Below are positions 43,771 through 54,667 of a stretch of DNA of 64,000 bases, one piece after another. The stretch spans positions 1-64,000 of the forward strand of contig MRSU01000590.1 of assembly GCA_008369845.1 (NCBI GenBank), given 5' to 3'. Origin of the DNA: Trichomonas gallinae (taxonomy: Eukaryota). Made by a program: the position numbers and the translations under genes. How positions within the stretch are numbered: position 1 is the first letter of the stretch; each line of letters opens with the position of its first letter. Below the pieces are notes generated by a model, which saw nothing but the letters and a program-made list of their open reading frames with translations, had not been told where the DNA came from and made no database searches.

Positions 43771-44520
43771 TCATTGGTAAGTTTTAACATAGCGTTCTCC
43801 ATAGAGTTTGATTTCTGGGATGCATGTTTGTGAAGAGTTTCCATGGTTTGATTTAACATGGATTTCAAACTCACGGAACCAAATTGATTCTACCGAAATA
43901 TTGAATCCTTGATTTGCTTCGATTGGGAGAGTATTGTAAGTAATTTTAGGATCTCCATCACGCATCCAGTAGATAGAAATGTCTTTTGGATTGCAATTTT
44001 CTTTAGAAATGCTTGGGTAAGATAATGTTGAAATTCTTGTTCTTGTATCAGCTCTAAATGAAGCAATAGCGCTTTTACCTTGAATTCTCCACTTTCTAGT
44101 ATTGTCTAATGGAATTGTAGCAAGTGGAGCTGTAGGTCTTGCTAATTTAACAATATCTTTAAAGATTGAGGATGAAATTGTTTGTGAAGGTGACTGAAGT
44201 TGAATTAATGAGAAGGATTTGTACTCATCGTTGCGGAAGTAATCATTAACAGAATTCTTAATCATCTGAGCTATATTAACTTTAGCTGGCTTTGGCTTGT
44301 GATTTTTCTTAATATTGGTGACATTCTTTTTAACATTTTGGACCGATTTGTTAAGCTCTTTGATCGAATTAATCAAATTTTTAGATTCATCAAGTATTTT
44401 ATCGAATTTTTTAGAATCATAAAGTTCATTCACTTCAATCATTTTGTCTTCGTTCTGTTTTGTAACTTCATCGTAGGAAGGCTCATTAGAAAGAACCAAG
44501 GAAAGGAAAACGAAAATCAT
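43771..44520 (-). CDS. SUN (Sad1/UNC-84)-domain protein with signal peptide and coiled coil
   Basis: MIFVFLSLVLS leader, coiled coil, then NCNPKDISIY and FEIHVKSNHGNSSQTCIPEIKLYG (cf. SUN APKDF / SNWG..YTC.YRFRVHG). Confidence 0.7.
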   Translation of the reverse strand: MIFVFLSLVLSNEPSYDEVTKQNEDKMIEVNELYDSKKFDKILDESKNLINSIKELNKSVQNVKKNVTNIKKNHKPKPAKVNIAQMIKNSVNDYFRNDEYKSFSLIQLQSPSQTISSSIFKDIVKLARPTAPLATIPLDNTRKWRIQGKSAIASFRADTRTRISTLSYPSISKENCNPKDISIYWMRDGDPKITYNTLPIEANQGFNISVESIWFREFEIHVKSNHGNSSQTCIPEIKLYGERYVKTYQ

Positions 44521-44529
44521 TTAATAATT

Positions 44530-44665
44530 TTGACAAATAATATTTTACATGACAAATACAATTTTACTTGACAAAACATCATAAACGACAAATAAAAATT
44601 TACATGACAAATAAAATTATTTGACAAATAATTTTTTACATGACAAATACAATATTACATGACAA
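44530..44665 (-). promoter_or_regulatory. Dense cluster of TGTCAWGTAAA motifs upstream of the SUN gene
   Basis: Plus-strand TTTACATGACA at 44544, 44599 and 44635; TTTACTTGACA at 44563; ATTACATGACA at 44654; additional TTGACAAA half-sites. Confidence 0.7.
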
Positions 44666-45072
44666 AAAAGAAGCAGTTGCACAACACAATCCAAGCAATA
44701 TTGGAACTAGAATAGTAAATTTTAATAACGTAACAATGTCAGGTTTTAACGATGAGAGTTTGAACTACTTTCAGTAGATTTTGAGTGTCTCTTGATAAAT
44801 TTGTCAATTAATTTGTGTAAATTAACCAGCAAATTTTAATTGGAATTCTCATCATCAGTTATTGATTTTTGGAGGGCAACACTTCTTGTCTTTAAATTAA
44901 TGACTGTTGAACACATTGGTTTCATAAGATTAGACTCCCTTCTTAGGATACATATAAAGCTAAAACAGTATCAAGAATTAGATGTCAAAAAAGTTAAATT
45001 TATTTGTCAAAATATTTATTTAGTTTATTTGACAAAAAAAAAAACATTGCTGTCAAAATATATTTTTTTTTA

Positions 45073-46287
45073 ATGCAAACATTTACTGAAGTTCTGGATA
45101 GATGTCTAACTCCAAGCCACTACATTCAGTGGGCACGCGAGTTCCTCCAGTCCAATGGCTTTACAGAATTAAACGAAAAAGAGAATTGGACTAAAATTCC
45201 GAAAAAGTTTTTCGTCATCAGAGACAACAGAGAAATATTCGCCATAAATTATGCAGACTTTTCATCTGGTATCATTACAGCCACCGGATGTGATGCACAA
45301 TGCTTCAGAGCAAAACCTCGGAGCATTTATTCAGCTTCTGGCGTAGATCTCGTCAGAATTGCTCCATATGGAACATCATCTGACTGGGATCTTTGGCGTG
45401 ATCGAGATCTTAGAATCGCAGGAAGAGTTCTTTATAAAGATGGAGATAAAGTCAAAAATCAGCTCTATCAGTCAGAAAAATCAGTCGCATACATTGCATC
45501 TCTTGCCATCCACATGAACCGTGGACCAGGAGCAACAAAAGAATACAACTTAGAAACTGATTTTAATCCAATTCTCGAATTAACATCATCAGACCCACAA
45601 ATCTCCAAAGATCACAGCAGTGGACTTGTGAGAATCATTGCTGAAGCTGCTGGAACCAAACCAGAAAATATTATTGATTTCGATTGCCATTTCGTTGATG
45701 CTTCGAACTCTTCAGTATTTGGCGTTGACAATTCCATGTACATGGGATCTAGACTCGAAGCATTGCTCACAGCAATCGTTGCACTTCAAGAATTCGCTAA
45801 ATCAAATCCAACACAAGGATTATTAGGATTCATTGCTTATGATACAACAAAGATCTACGGAAACACACGCTGTGGTCCAAAGTCAACACTTTTGCCATAT
45901 ACACTTAACAGAATTGGAGTTCCAGTTGAGTTTGAATCAAATACATTAATTATTGCTTCCACGGAGATTTCTACTAGCGATTCTCAGCCAGGATCAGGTG
46001 TATGCCTTAAGATTGAGCCAGATACAGCTACATCTGTTAAGGGAGGCCCATTTGATATGTTGCAGAATATTATTTCTAAAAATAACTTGGAAGTCAATAA
46101 GTTAACACTCAAGAAGGATCCAAACTATGCTACTGGCAGTATTTTGGCACTTGCTGGATACAATGTCGTCAAGATTGGCGTTCCAGTTTACAGCGGAAAT
46201 GCTCCAAGACAAACCATCACCGGCTATGATTTGTCCAAGCTTTATGAATTCTATGGAAAGGTATACGGCTCTGCAACTCAAGAATAA
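45073..46287 (+). CDS. M18 aspartyl-aminopeptidase homologue, probably catalytically inactive
   Basis: TPSH, GFTELNEKENW, APYG, WRDRDLRIAGRV and LAIHM match M18; metal ligands are replaced. First ATG is 45073 (track start is TTG). Confidence 0.85.
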   Translation: MQTFTEVLDRCLTPSHYIQWAREFLQSNGFTELNEKENWTKIPKKFFVIRDNREIFAINYADFSSGIITATGCDAQCFRAKPRSIYSASGVDLVRIAPYGTSSDWDLWRDRDLRIAGRVLYKDGDKVKNQLYQSEKSVAYIASLAIHMNRGPGATKEYNLETDFNPILELTSSDPQISKDHSSGLVRIIAEAAGTKPENIIDFDCHFVDASNSSVFGVDNSMYMGSRLEALLTAIVALQEFAKSNPTQGLLGFIAYDTTKIYGNTRCGPKSTLLPYTLNRIGVPVEFESNTLIIASTEISTSDSQPGSGVCLKIEPDTATSVKGGPFDMLQNIISKNNLEVNKLTLKKDPNYATGSILALAGYNVVKIGVPVYSGNAPRQTITGYDLSKLYEFYGKVYGSATQE

Positions 46288-46897
46288 AGACTTTTTTATA
46301 ATTTTGAAATTTTATTTTTCCAAAAAATTTCTTTAATCTTCACATTTTAGTTTGCTGACTTACGAAACATATGTAAAATTTGATTAATACATTTATTATA
46401 AAGAATTTATTTTATCTCAATCTTGAAAATAGATATTTGTTTCATTGTAAGTTTACATATTAACGAAGATCATCATAACTATAAAATATTTAATAAGATT
46501 GCTTTATAATTCATGATTTGTTTATCAAATTTGAAAAAAGCCATTTGAACCACCATAAGTTTACAAATCAATATAAATCATCATGTATATAAAATATCTA
46601 ATGAGCATGTCTTTATAATTCATAATTTTTATCAATCAAAAATTTTATTTCACAAAATACCAATTTGGATATAGAATTTGAGAGATATAGATATAAAATT
46701 CTACATTTCTCTATGTAGATTTCATATAAACCATTTTTTTATTTTTTCTTTTATAAAATTCTAAATTTTGATGAAAAATAAAAGGAATATCATAAATGTA
46801 TCATGCTTATTCTACTGTTTAAATGCAAAATGTTAAAAAGAATGTTGATCAAAATCACCCTGTTTTAAAATGTCGGACCCTAAAATGTAACAAAAAA

Positions 46898-48595
46898 ATG
46901 TCGAAAGAATATCCACCAATATCAAGGAGAGAAGTCATCGACATTTTGAATAAACTCATAGAAAGACTAGAAGAATACATTACAGAGACATTACTAACGA
47001 AAAAAGAACAAAATTCTTTCGAAAGAGCATTATTTTCGATTCAAGACGCAGGATCACAAATATTGGCATGTTTACCTTCTAGAAAGAACAATGAAACCTA
47101 CAACAGGCGTGGATTTAAGAAAGCAAAAATTGAATTTTCTCAATTTTGGTCAAAATTCAAGTTAAAAGTTCAAACAATACAAATGAAAGATCCAGAGCAG
47201 CTATGTTTAGATCTAATTCCGGATGTTTTACGTAGATTAGGTTCAGCATTTAACGAAATTATTGATTCTATTCCTTATTCCAACAAAAATGAATTCATAA
47301 ACTTATCATCTAAGCTTTCAGAACTGTTTTCAGACTTCGAAACTAGATCAAACGAATTTATAGATGCAATTCGAGCTGATCACGAAATTATTGAGAATGC
47401 GAAGATATATAAGAAAATTATTAACAGATACAGGCGAGAAGTATTCAAGAATTTCGAACAATTATTTAGAATTCAAGCATTAACGGATGAAGATAAAAGA
47501 AATGCAATTAGTGCATATTTAGACAAAATAGAATTAGCTGTTTCATATATTGGAACGACTAAATCTAAAGCATTACCGAAATTTATTGCAGATTTAGAAA
47601 AATCATTAAAAGATTTGTTAGTTGAAGAAGAATTAGATGATCCAATGATTAATTCTTTGTTGCCTGGATCATTGAACCATGATTCTCCGTCGAAAATGCT
47701 TTCTTCTAAAGTTGAAAAAATTAAATCTGCTCAAAAGTCGCCAAGACAGTCTGTAACAACACGAGACATAACTATGATTGAATCTCGTTCATCTATAATC
47801 GATGAGGAGCAACAAATCAAACAATTAACATTAGACGCGATTAGAACAGAAAAAGAAAACCAAGAATTAGAAATTGAACTGCGAAATCTCGAATCATCTA
47901 ATAATCTATCAAATCTGGATTCATTGATTGAAGAACTGTTGAAACAAAGGATTTCTAAGTTAAATTCACAAATTAACACGATACAAGAGAATATTAAGGC
48001 AGCAAATGATAGATTGACAGAAAATAATCAGTCATTCATGCAGCAACAAAAACGTTTACAAGAAGAAGAAAATAAATTATCTGAATTATATTCACAGTCA
48101 ACAATTTCAGATGGTTCGATCGGAAACAAGCAGCTTATAAAACAGAAACAATCTCTTGAGAAGGAACTTCAACATTTATCGCAAAGATTAGAATCTTTAA
48201 AAAATGATACAAGTAATTTCAAAAAGACTTCAGAATCCCTTGTGATTGAGGAATTGTCGATCAGAGATCAAATAAGAAACCTAAAGAACGAAGGAAAAGA
48301 TCTTGAACTAAATTTAGATTCTTTGCAATCGCAGACATCAATATATTCCAAATATGGAGATGAGATTTTCAATCAAATCACGCAACATATTAACGAAGAA
48401 TCGAATCAATTATCTTATTTGATTCGTACAAAGTCAGAACTAGAAGATGATATCATACCAGAATTGCAAGAAACATTGAAGATAACCAATAAAGAACTTT
48501 CACGCGTTTCAAAACAAATTAATGAGTTGAAACAAAAATATAATTCAGCTCGGATAGAACATTTAAAGAAGAACCTGCAAGAATTACTCGATTAA
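46898..48595 (+). CDS. Hypothetical helical/coiled-coil protein
   Basis: Long ORF with a heptad-rich C-terminal half. ATG 46898 (MSKEY) is favoured over 46823 because the intervening sequence looks like an AAAATGT-repetitive leader. Confidence 0.75.
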   Translation: MSKEYPPISRREVIDILNKLIERLEEYITETLLTKKEQNSFERALFSIQDAGSQILACLPSRKNNETYNRRGFKKAKIEFSQFWSKFKLKVQTIQMKDPEQLCLDLIPDVLRRLGSAFNEIIDSIPYSNKNEFINLSSKLSELFSDFETRSNEFIDAIRADHEIIENAKIYKKIINRYRREVFKNFEQLFRIQALTDEDKRNAISAYLDKIELAVSYIGTTKSKALPKFIADLEKSLKDLLVEEELDDPMINSLLPGSLNHDSPSKMLSSKVEKIKSAQKSPRQSVTTRDITMIESRSSIIDEEQQIKQLTLDAIRTEKENQELEIELRNLESSNNLSNLDSLIEELLKQRISKLNSQINTIQENIKAANDRLTENNQSFMQQQKRLQEEENKLSELYSQSTISDGSIGNKQLIKQKQSLEKELQHLSQRLESLKNDTSNFKKTSESLVIEELSIRDQIRNLKNEGKDLELNLDSLQSQTSIYSKYGDEIFNQITQHINEESNQLSYLIRTKSELEDDIIPELQETLKITNKELSRVSKQINELKQKYNSARIEHLKKNLQELLD

Positions 48596-49212
48596 TACTA
48601 TTTGCTATAGTAAAATTTTTGTGATTTAGTGTCTTTTGATAAATTAGAGTTCAGGTTAAAAAGAGTGTGTTGGCGACCCATAGTGAGAACTGGGTATCAA
48701 ACCTAAATCAAACATTTTTACAGATATATAATATCATATGTAATGTTGAACACATAAGATTTCGTTATTGGATTATTTGAAATTTTATTACATATTTTGC
48801 TTAAATTTGGTGAGTGTAATCTTTAGTGAGACAGTATCTATTAGAAATCAATACATAACTTATTCAAAACATTATTTTTATGCTCAAGAAAACTGAAGTT
48901 TCTGTCACTTTACTTACAGAAGTGATTTTTCGTAATATTGCATAACTATGCAATACTAATCATATGAAATTGAAAAGATGTCAAAAAGTAGCAGAAATTC
49001 CTTAAGAAAAGTGACTTTTAACGTGCTTGAGGGAGTCGGTTCTTCGCGTTTTAACTTGGTAAATAGCATCTTATTCATATTTAGATCTCATCTTTGCCTT
49101 TTCATCGAAAAGTTTCGCCGATACACTTTAGAAAATTATTTTGATTTGTAAACTATAAATTTGACGTTTGTCAAATATTTTGTGTCAGAAAATCTACTAA
49201 CGTACAAAAATC

Positions 49213-52200
49213 ATGGGTGAGGGAGACCTCACGCCAGTTTTAGTTTACGAGTGCAATGACATTCCTATTGACTCCATTCCACTCGAAAACATAAAATACT
49301 TGGGTGTTTCTGTGATGAACTTGACAAATATTCAATTAGTTACGCAACTAAAATCATTACAACTAGTCACGTTCAGACTATGCGCATTAACGCAGTTTCC
49401 TACCGAGCTTTGGCAACTTCCTCAACTCAGATCAATAGATATTTCAGGCAACGCAATTTCTCTATTACCAGAATCTCCGAAATGGGCAGAAATGATCGAA
49501 CTCACAAGTTTTAATATATCCGAAAACAATATTAACGAACTCAGTGAGTTTAGAAACATTGTCGAAATCCCAAATCTCAAACAACTTAATTTTACAGGAA
49601 ATGTTTGCCAAGGTGCCAATGATGCACAGAACAGGATCGTAAAAATCTTCCCAAAAATTGTTGTTGTCAATGAAACTATCATTTTAAGTCAACATCGTGG
49701 ATATCTCGATGAAGTTGCGATATTTGATAATACATCCGTTCTTCCTTTATCTAAGACAGACGATTTCTTCTTCAATTATGTTAAATACATGCACGCAACA
49801 GGAATGGAAAGATATTTGCGAAGATTCAATGCTGAATGCTTCTGTTTGAATAAAGTTTTGCGCAAATACAGTGCTGCTGAAAAGATACAAAGCAATTTCA
49901 GAGGATTTATTCAAAGAAAAATCTACATAAAAATGCGAGAATGCGCAATCGTCATCCAATACCATATTCACAAATGGTATAAGAAACGTCTCGAGTCAGC
50001 TAACGTTATCAAGCGTGCGTTCTTGCATTTCTTGACAAAACAAAAAATTAAATTAATTAAAGCTGCAAGAGTCATCCAATCTCGCTGGCGTGCTAAGCAG
50101 GTCGCAGAGCTCGCGTTGATTGAGCTATTTTCATCAAATGACAGAATTGAATTTTTTGTTACTCCTCATGATGCAAAATTCCTTGAAGACTTTTGCAGAG
50201 AAAAGCAGTTCGCTAATCCTTCATTTATTCACACGCGTGAATACAAACTTCTTCGCCAAACTGAGCCAACAAAATTAATTCTGCCAGGAAGTCCAATCGT
50301 TTATTACTCGCTTGACAACAGTCTCGTTATCAGACACATGAACAAGACTCGCAATATTTCGCTTGATAAAACGATTTGGTGCAATCATGATCATAATCAC
50401 ATGAAAATGAAGATGATGGTTAATCAGCACGGCTTCAACTTCACTAGCTTATGTCCATTCGCAACTTTGTCGCCTTCAAAATACAGAAAACCGTTAAAGA
50501 AAATTAATGCGGTCGACAAAAGCCAGTATTTGATATTATGTTACTTCGAGAAGCTCTCTGACTTCATGCAGATATTCCACACACTTCACATCAACGACAA
50601 CCACGGCGTTAGATTCATTCCGATAAGAAATGTGCCAACGATCGCATCTACTGTTTGCATTCAGTCATCGATGAGAACATTTATCACTCGCATGCACAAA
50701 TTCCACCAGATCAGGCAGGATGTCTTGCACAAGAGAGCGCTGCAAACAATCCGTTGTTTCGTCGGCTTAATGAGGATGAAGAAGATCATGGATGGAGTAA
50801 AAAGAACTCATTATTTCCGAGAGAAAATCACGAAATTAAGCTATTTTTATGTCCGTGATACTTTTCTCAGGGAACTGTTTTACATGAAGCCAATCATTCC
50901 TTTGCACTTCGGATATTCTACGGACAGAGAGATTGTCCTCAAAGACGGAAACTCGCCGATATTAAACGCGTTTTTGCCACACGACAATTCTGATGTCAAA
51001 GAAGCTGATTTGAGCTCCGTCTTGAAATTCGGCGCCAGTGTTTCACAAGCGAGAACCACTTATTTCGCTGACCCTCAGATGATCAACGACAAGTTCTTGA
51101 GGAGATACGGATTCCACAGAGTTTCATTCGCTACAGCAGAAGAAGCAGCACACAGAGCAATTTTGCTCAGCTGGGTCGCGACTAAAAGAGACTGGTGCTA
51201 CTTTGAAGAAGACATCGTCGACTTCTGCGCGGCAACAAAAATCAAAAACGCGTGGATCGGGCACACGACTAGGAGAATTATTTTCCACATGGCAGCGCAG
51301 CAAGGAAAGAAGATCAACGTCCAAGCTTTCATTTACAGGCCAGTCGATTATAGGCTTAAAATGCAGCTGATGCAGGAAGATCAGAACAAGAGGAAGAAGC
51401 CTGTTTCAACAGATATCAATGTTGAAGAGCAAATCGACATCTTGAGAGGTGTCTATCAGCCGTGGAAGTATGTCTTCGATCAGTACAAGAAAGATTACGG
51501 AATGGAATTGGTCGGAATGCCAGAGAAACCAAAACGCAGGGAAAAAGAATTGACGTCTTCAATGAGATTGATGGGAACAATCAACGAACTGCTTCCACCC
51601 GAACCGGAGCCTGAACCAGAGCTTACAATTCCTTCTCCAAAGATGACAGCACTCAACACAACACCAAGAACTTCCACACCACTCTCTCCTGATCAATCTA
51701 AAATCATGATCACTCCTGTCAGATCTGCCAACTCTCCACTTTTCGAAACGAGACCTAAAACAGGCTCAATCAAGCCGTCAACACTCAAGCGCATTGTTGG
51801 TTTCGACAGCTCTCAGTCCATAACAGCAAACAGCTTTGGAGGAGCACCAGTTGAGAAACTCATCGAAAAGTCTACATCGGTAACTTTCGAAAGAACTCCT
51901 TCTCCTTCGCAACAAATTAAAACATCGCAATCAACAATTGTTGATCCAAGTCCTTTCCCAGAACGTGCGAATACATCATTGCAAAACAGCAGAAAAGCAT
52001 CTCTTTCTAATCAAACATCACAAATCATTGCAAAACCGATCTTGAAAATCCCTATTACTCAAATGCAGCAAGTTCCAACGCCAACGAACAGTTCATACAA
52101 CAAACCAAAATCAGCAAACAATACTTTGGCTCCATTGAAAGATGTAAAGTCAGCTCAGAGATCAGATTATACTGCAAGAGAACACACGGCAGAAGTTTTC

Positions 52201-52992
52201 GGCAGACTTTCTCAACTTCTTAAAGTTACTGATGCTGTTCACCAAGCTGCAATTCATGACACAACGCTTGAAGAAAAGCGTGCGAATACAACTGCAGCGA
52301 GAAACAAGATCGTCCAAGGATATGCAAATACTCACAAAATGCTTGAACAAAATGCCAGCGACAGTCATTCGCGAGCCAAAATCGAAAGAGAAGAGAGACT
52401 CAATGAAGCCGAGAAAGTCAAGAAGAAAGCAATGGAACAGAAAGTCACTGCTGCAAGACAAGTCAGAAAAGATCACGCAACACGTCGTGAGAATGTTATG
52501 GTCACAACAATTTTCGCTCAAAACTTTGTTTCTACGACACATCAACTTGCTTCTCGTGTTGAAGGAAGAATATTGAAGGCGAACAAACGCAAAGAGCGTG
52601 AACTTGTTCAGACACAGATGGCTGCTGTTAGAGAACAAGAGAAACTCGACAGGCAGGAATACAAGGAAATCGTTAAAGAAATGAAGGAGTCCAAACTTGA
52701 AATGGCGAAATATGACAGAGATTTGTACTTGGAGGAGAAGAAACAGCGGGAGAAAGGCCTCGAAGACAAGAAGGAGAGACTCGCGACAGCAAAGAGTGCA
52801 TTGAAGCAGGCAACATTGACAAGATCTCTCAATGCAACACAGAAGCCTTACATTCCGCCAGACAAAATCGAAACTGCTGTTTTCGATGATGTCGAGTTGA
52901 TGGCTGCTGAAGCACCAAAACTTATTGGAGCAAATGTTGGAACTCATGAATCACACTTATTATCAGAGTTAATGAGCTCCGCTATGAATTAA
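49213..52992 (+). CDS. Leucine-rich-repeat and IQ-motif protein (LRRIQ3-like architecture)
   Basis: LRRs (LRSIDISGNAISLL, LTSFNISENNI, LKQLNFTGN); IQ motifs (IQSNFRGFIQRK, IQSRWRAK, IQSSMRTF); C-terminal coiled coil. Confidence 0.85.
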   Translation: MGEGDLTPVLVYECNDIPIDSIPLENIKYLGVSVMNLTNIQLVTQLKSLQLVTFRLCALTQFPTELWQLPQLRSIDISGNAISLLPESPKWAEMIELTSFNISENNINELSEFRNIVEIPNLKQLNFTGNVCQGANDAQNRIVKIFPKIVVVNETIILSQHRGYLDEVAIFDNTSVLPLSKTDDFFFNYVKYMHATGMERYLRRFNAECFCLNKVLRKYSAAEKIQSNFRGFIQRKIYIKMRECAIVIQYHIHKWYKKRLESANVIKRAFLHFLTKQKIKLIKAARVIQSRWRAKQVAELALIELFSSNDRIEFFVTPHDAKFLEDFCREKQFANPSFIHTREYKLLRQTEPTKLILPGSPIVYYSLDNSLVIRHMNKTRNISLDKTIWCNHDHNHMKMKMMVNQHGFNFTSLCPFATLSPSKYRKPLKKINAVDKSQYLILCYFEKLSDFMQIFHTLHINDNHGVRFIPIRNVPTIASTVCIQSSMRTFITRMHKFHQIRQDVLHKRALQTIRCFVGLMRMKKIMDGVKRTHYFREKITKLSYFYVRDTFLRELFYMKPIIPLHFGYSTDREIVLKDGNSPILNAFLPHDNSDVKEADLSSVLKFGASVSQARTTYFADPQMINDKFLRRYGFHRVSFATAEEAAHRAILLSWVATKRDWCYFEEDIVDFCAATKIKNAWIGHTTRRIIFHMAAQQGKKINVQAFIYRPVDYRLKMQLMQEDQNKRKKPVSTDINVEEQIDILRGVYQPWKYVFDQYKKDYGMELVGMPEKPKRREKELTSSMRLMGTINELLPPEPEPEPELTIPSPKMTALNTTPRTSTPLSPDQSKIMITPVRSANSPLFETRPKTGSIKPSTLKRIVGFDSSQSITANSFGGAPVEKLIEKSTSVTFERTPSPSQQIKTSQSTIVDPSPFPERANTSLQNSRKASLSNQTSQIIAKPILKIPITQMQQVPTPTNSSYNKPKSANNTLAPLKDVKSAQRSDYTAREHTAEVFGRLSQLLKVTDAVHQAAIHDTTLEEKRANTTAARNKIVQGYANTHKMLEQNASDSHSRAKIEREERLNEAEKVKKKAMEQKVTAARQVRKDHATRRENVMVTTIFAQNFVSTTHQLASRVEGRILKANKRKERELVQTQMAAVREQEKLDRQEYKEIVKEMKESKLEMAKYDRDLYLEEKKQREKGLEDKKERLATAKSALKQATLTRSLNATQKPYIPPDKIETAVFDDVELMAAEAPKLIGANVGTHESHLLSELMSSAMN

Positions 52993-53169
52993 ATAATATG
53001 TTTGTATTTTTTTCAAATAAATTATTTTTTGACAAAGGTATGATATTTACTCCATCCATTAATATATTGTGGAGTAAAATTTTCATTTTGATATCTATTT
53101 TATGCCTGAAATATAAATAGTTTGACATAGTATTAATAAAAGAAGTTTTCAAAATGGATTCAACGTCCT

Positions 53170-53696
53170 TTAATGTTTGAATGTTGAAGGTAAAGTTATA
53201 GTTTCAAATGAATTTGAATAAAATGCTCTGTATACAATTATCTCGAGTCCTTCAGGAAGAATCATAATTTGAGGGGCAGAATTCAAGAAAACAGAATTAC
53301 TTATTATCTTAAGTTTAGTAAGTTGTGAAATATTTAATTCAGAAAATCCGTTGTTGCAAAATGTATATTTATCAATCGATTTAACGCTAGAAGGTAATTT
53401 CAAATATTTAGTTTGCAAACATCCTTGAAACGCTCTTACTCCAATTGATTAATCAATTTTGAACAATTTGACAAGTCAATAAATTTCAAATTTTGACAAT
53501 ATTCAAAAGCTGATTCTTCAATTGACCTCAATTTAGGGTTTAGTCTAAATGAAAATGTTTTTAGTTTTTTCGTGCAAAATTCAAAACTGTAAGAGTCAAT
53601 AATTGTGATATCACTGTCAATTATAACTTGAGATTCGCATGCATAAATATCATCAGATGAAAATATACGCTCACGTATTAGAATCAATAATATGAA
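53170..53696 (-). pseudogene. BspA-like (LRR_5) surface-antigen pseudogene fragment
   Basis: LRSIEESAFEYCQNLKFIDLSNCSKL, LPSSVKSIDKYTF, LPEGLEIIVYRAF; split by a stop/frameshift, no ATG, truncated. Confidence 0.85.
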
Positions 53697-54667
53697 CTAT
53701 AGTCAGAAAAACGATTAGATTTCAAATAATATTCAATAATATAAAAATGCTTGATATTCAAAATGAATAACGTATTGTATTGATAATTTGCATTTGCTAT
53801 ATTAGCAAAAGTCGAAAACTTAGTAATACTAAATCATTGATGTCCTTCGTTAAAGAATATGCTAATGCAATTCAAAAATTGACACTTTTTGTCAACCCGA
53901 TTCAACTGTCACTTTTCAAAAAAATTAACCTTCGTAATTTTATATTTGCTTGAACAATATCACAGCAATAAAAAATACCTTTTCTTCAATAATTAAGAAG
54001 CATCATTGCATATATTTTTCTTGACTCAGAATGTGAAAAAATCATCTCAGATTATTAGAATGCTTCGATGCTTCAAAAATACTATTAAAGAAAATCCATC
54101 AATTTCTTCAGGAATAAAAAAACAAAAAGTCATAATAATTAATAATTTTTTGCTATAGTTTTCAAAACTCATGCTTCAATGATAGAATATTAATTAAAAC
54201 CTAATTCAATGTTAATATGAACCTGATTACAATTGAGAAATTATTATTAGAAATCACGTTCAATAACTGAATTTTATAAATATGTATGAACTAAGAAATA
54301 CATTCATTGATATTCTATTTCCATAATATAATTTTTTTGATAATGCACGAATTAGTTAACCTTTCATGTTTCCTTCTTAATTAGCCCAAATAATGCTTAT
54401 AATTCAATGATATTAACAATTATGAATCTTAATATCTTTCTTTTCAAGAGATTTAATCGCATATATATAACACTTTGTCGTGCGTTTGTTCTACCAATTC
54501 CATTTAAGGCTAAACATTTTCGATCATATTTCATCGATTTATTTTTTTGACAAAGTATTTATTTTAATTTGGTATCGATTATTGAAATAAATAAACTAAG
54601 CAAAAATATTACTGTTACATTAAAAAAATTTGAAAAGTAAAAACATATAACGATAACTAGATTTTGA

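Noticed and set aside
52162..52947. 261-aa antisense ORF and other shadow ORFs inside long genes
   Set aside because: F/L/S/C-rich mirror of E/K/R-rich coiled-coil codons with no domain features.
53046..53078. 9-bp inverted repeat TTTACTCCA/TGGAGTAAA as a terminator
   Set aside because: Long AT loop, weak stem, and intrinsic terminators are not expected in this eukaryote.
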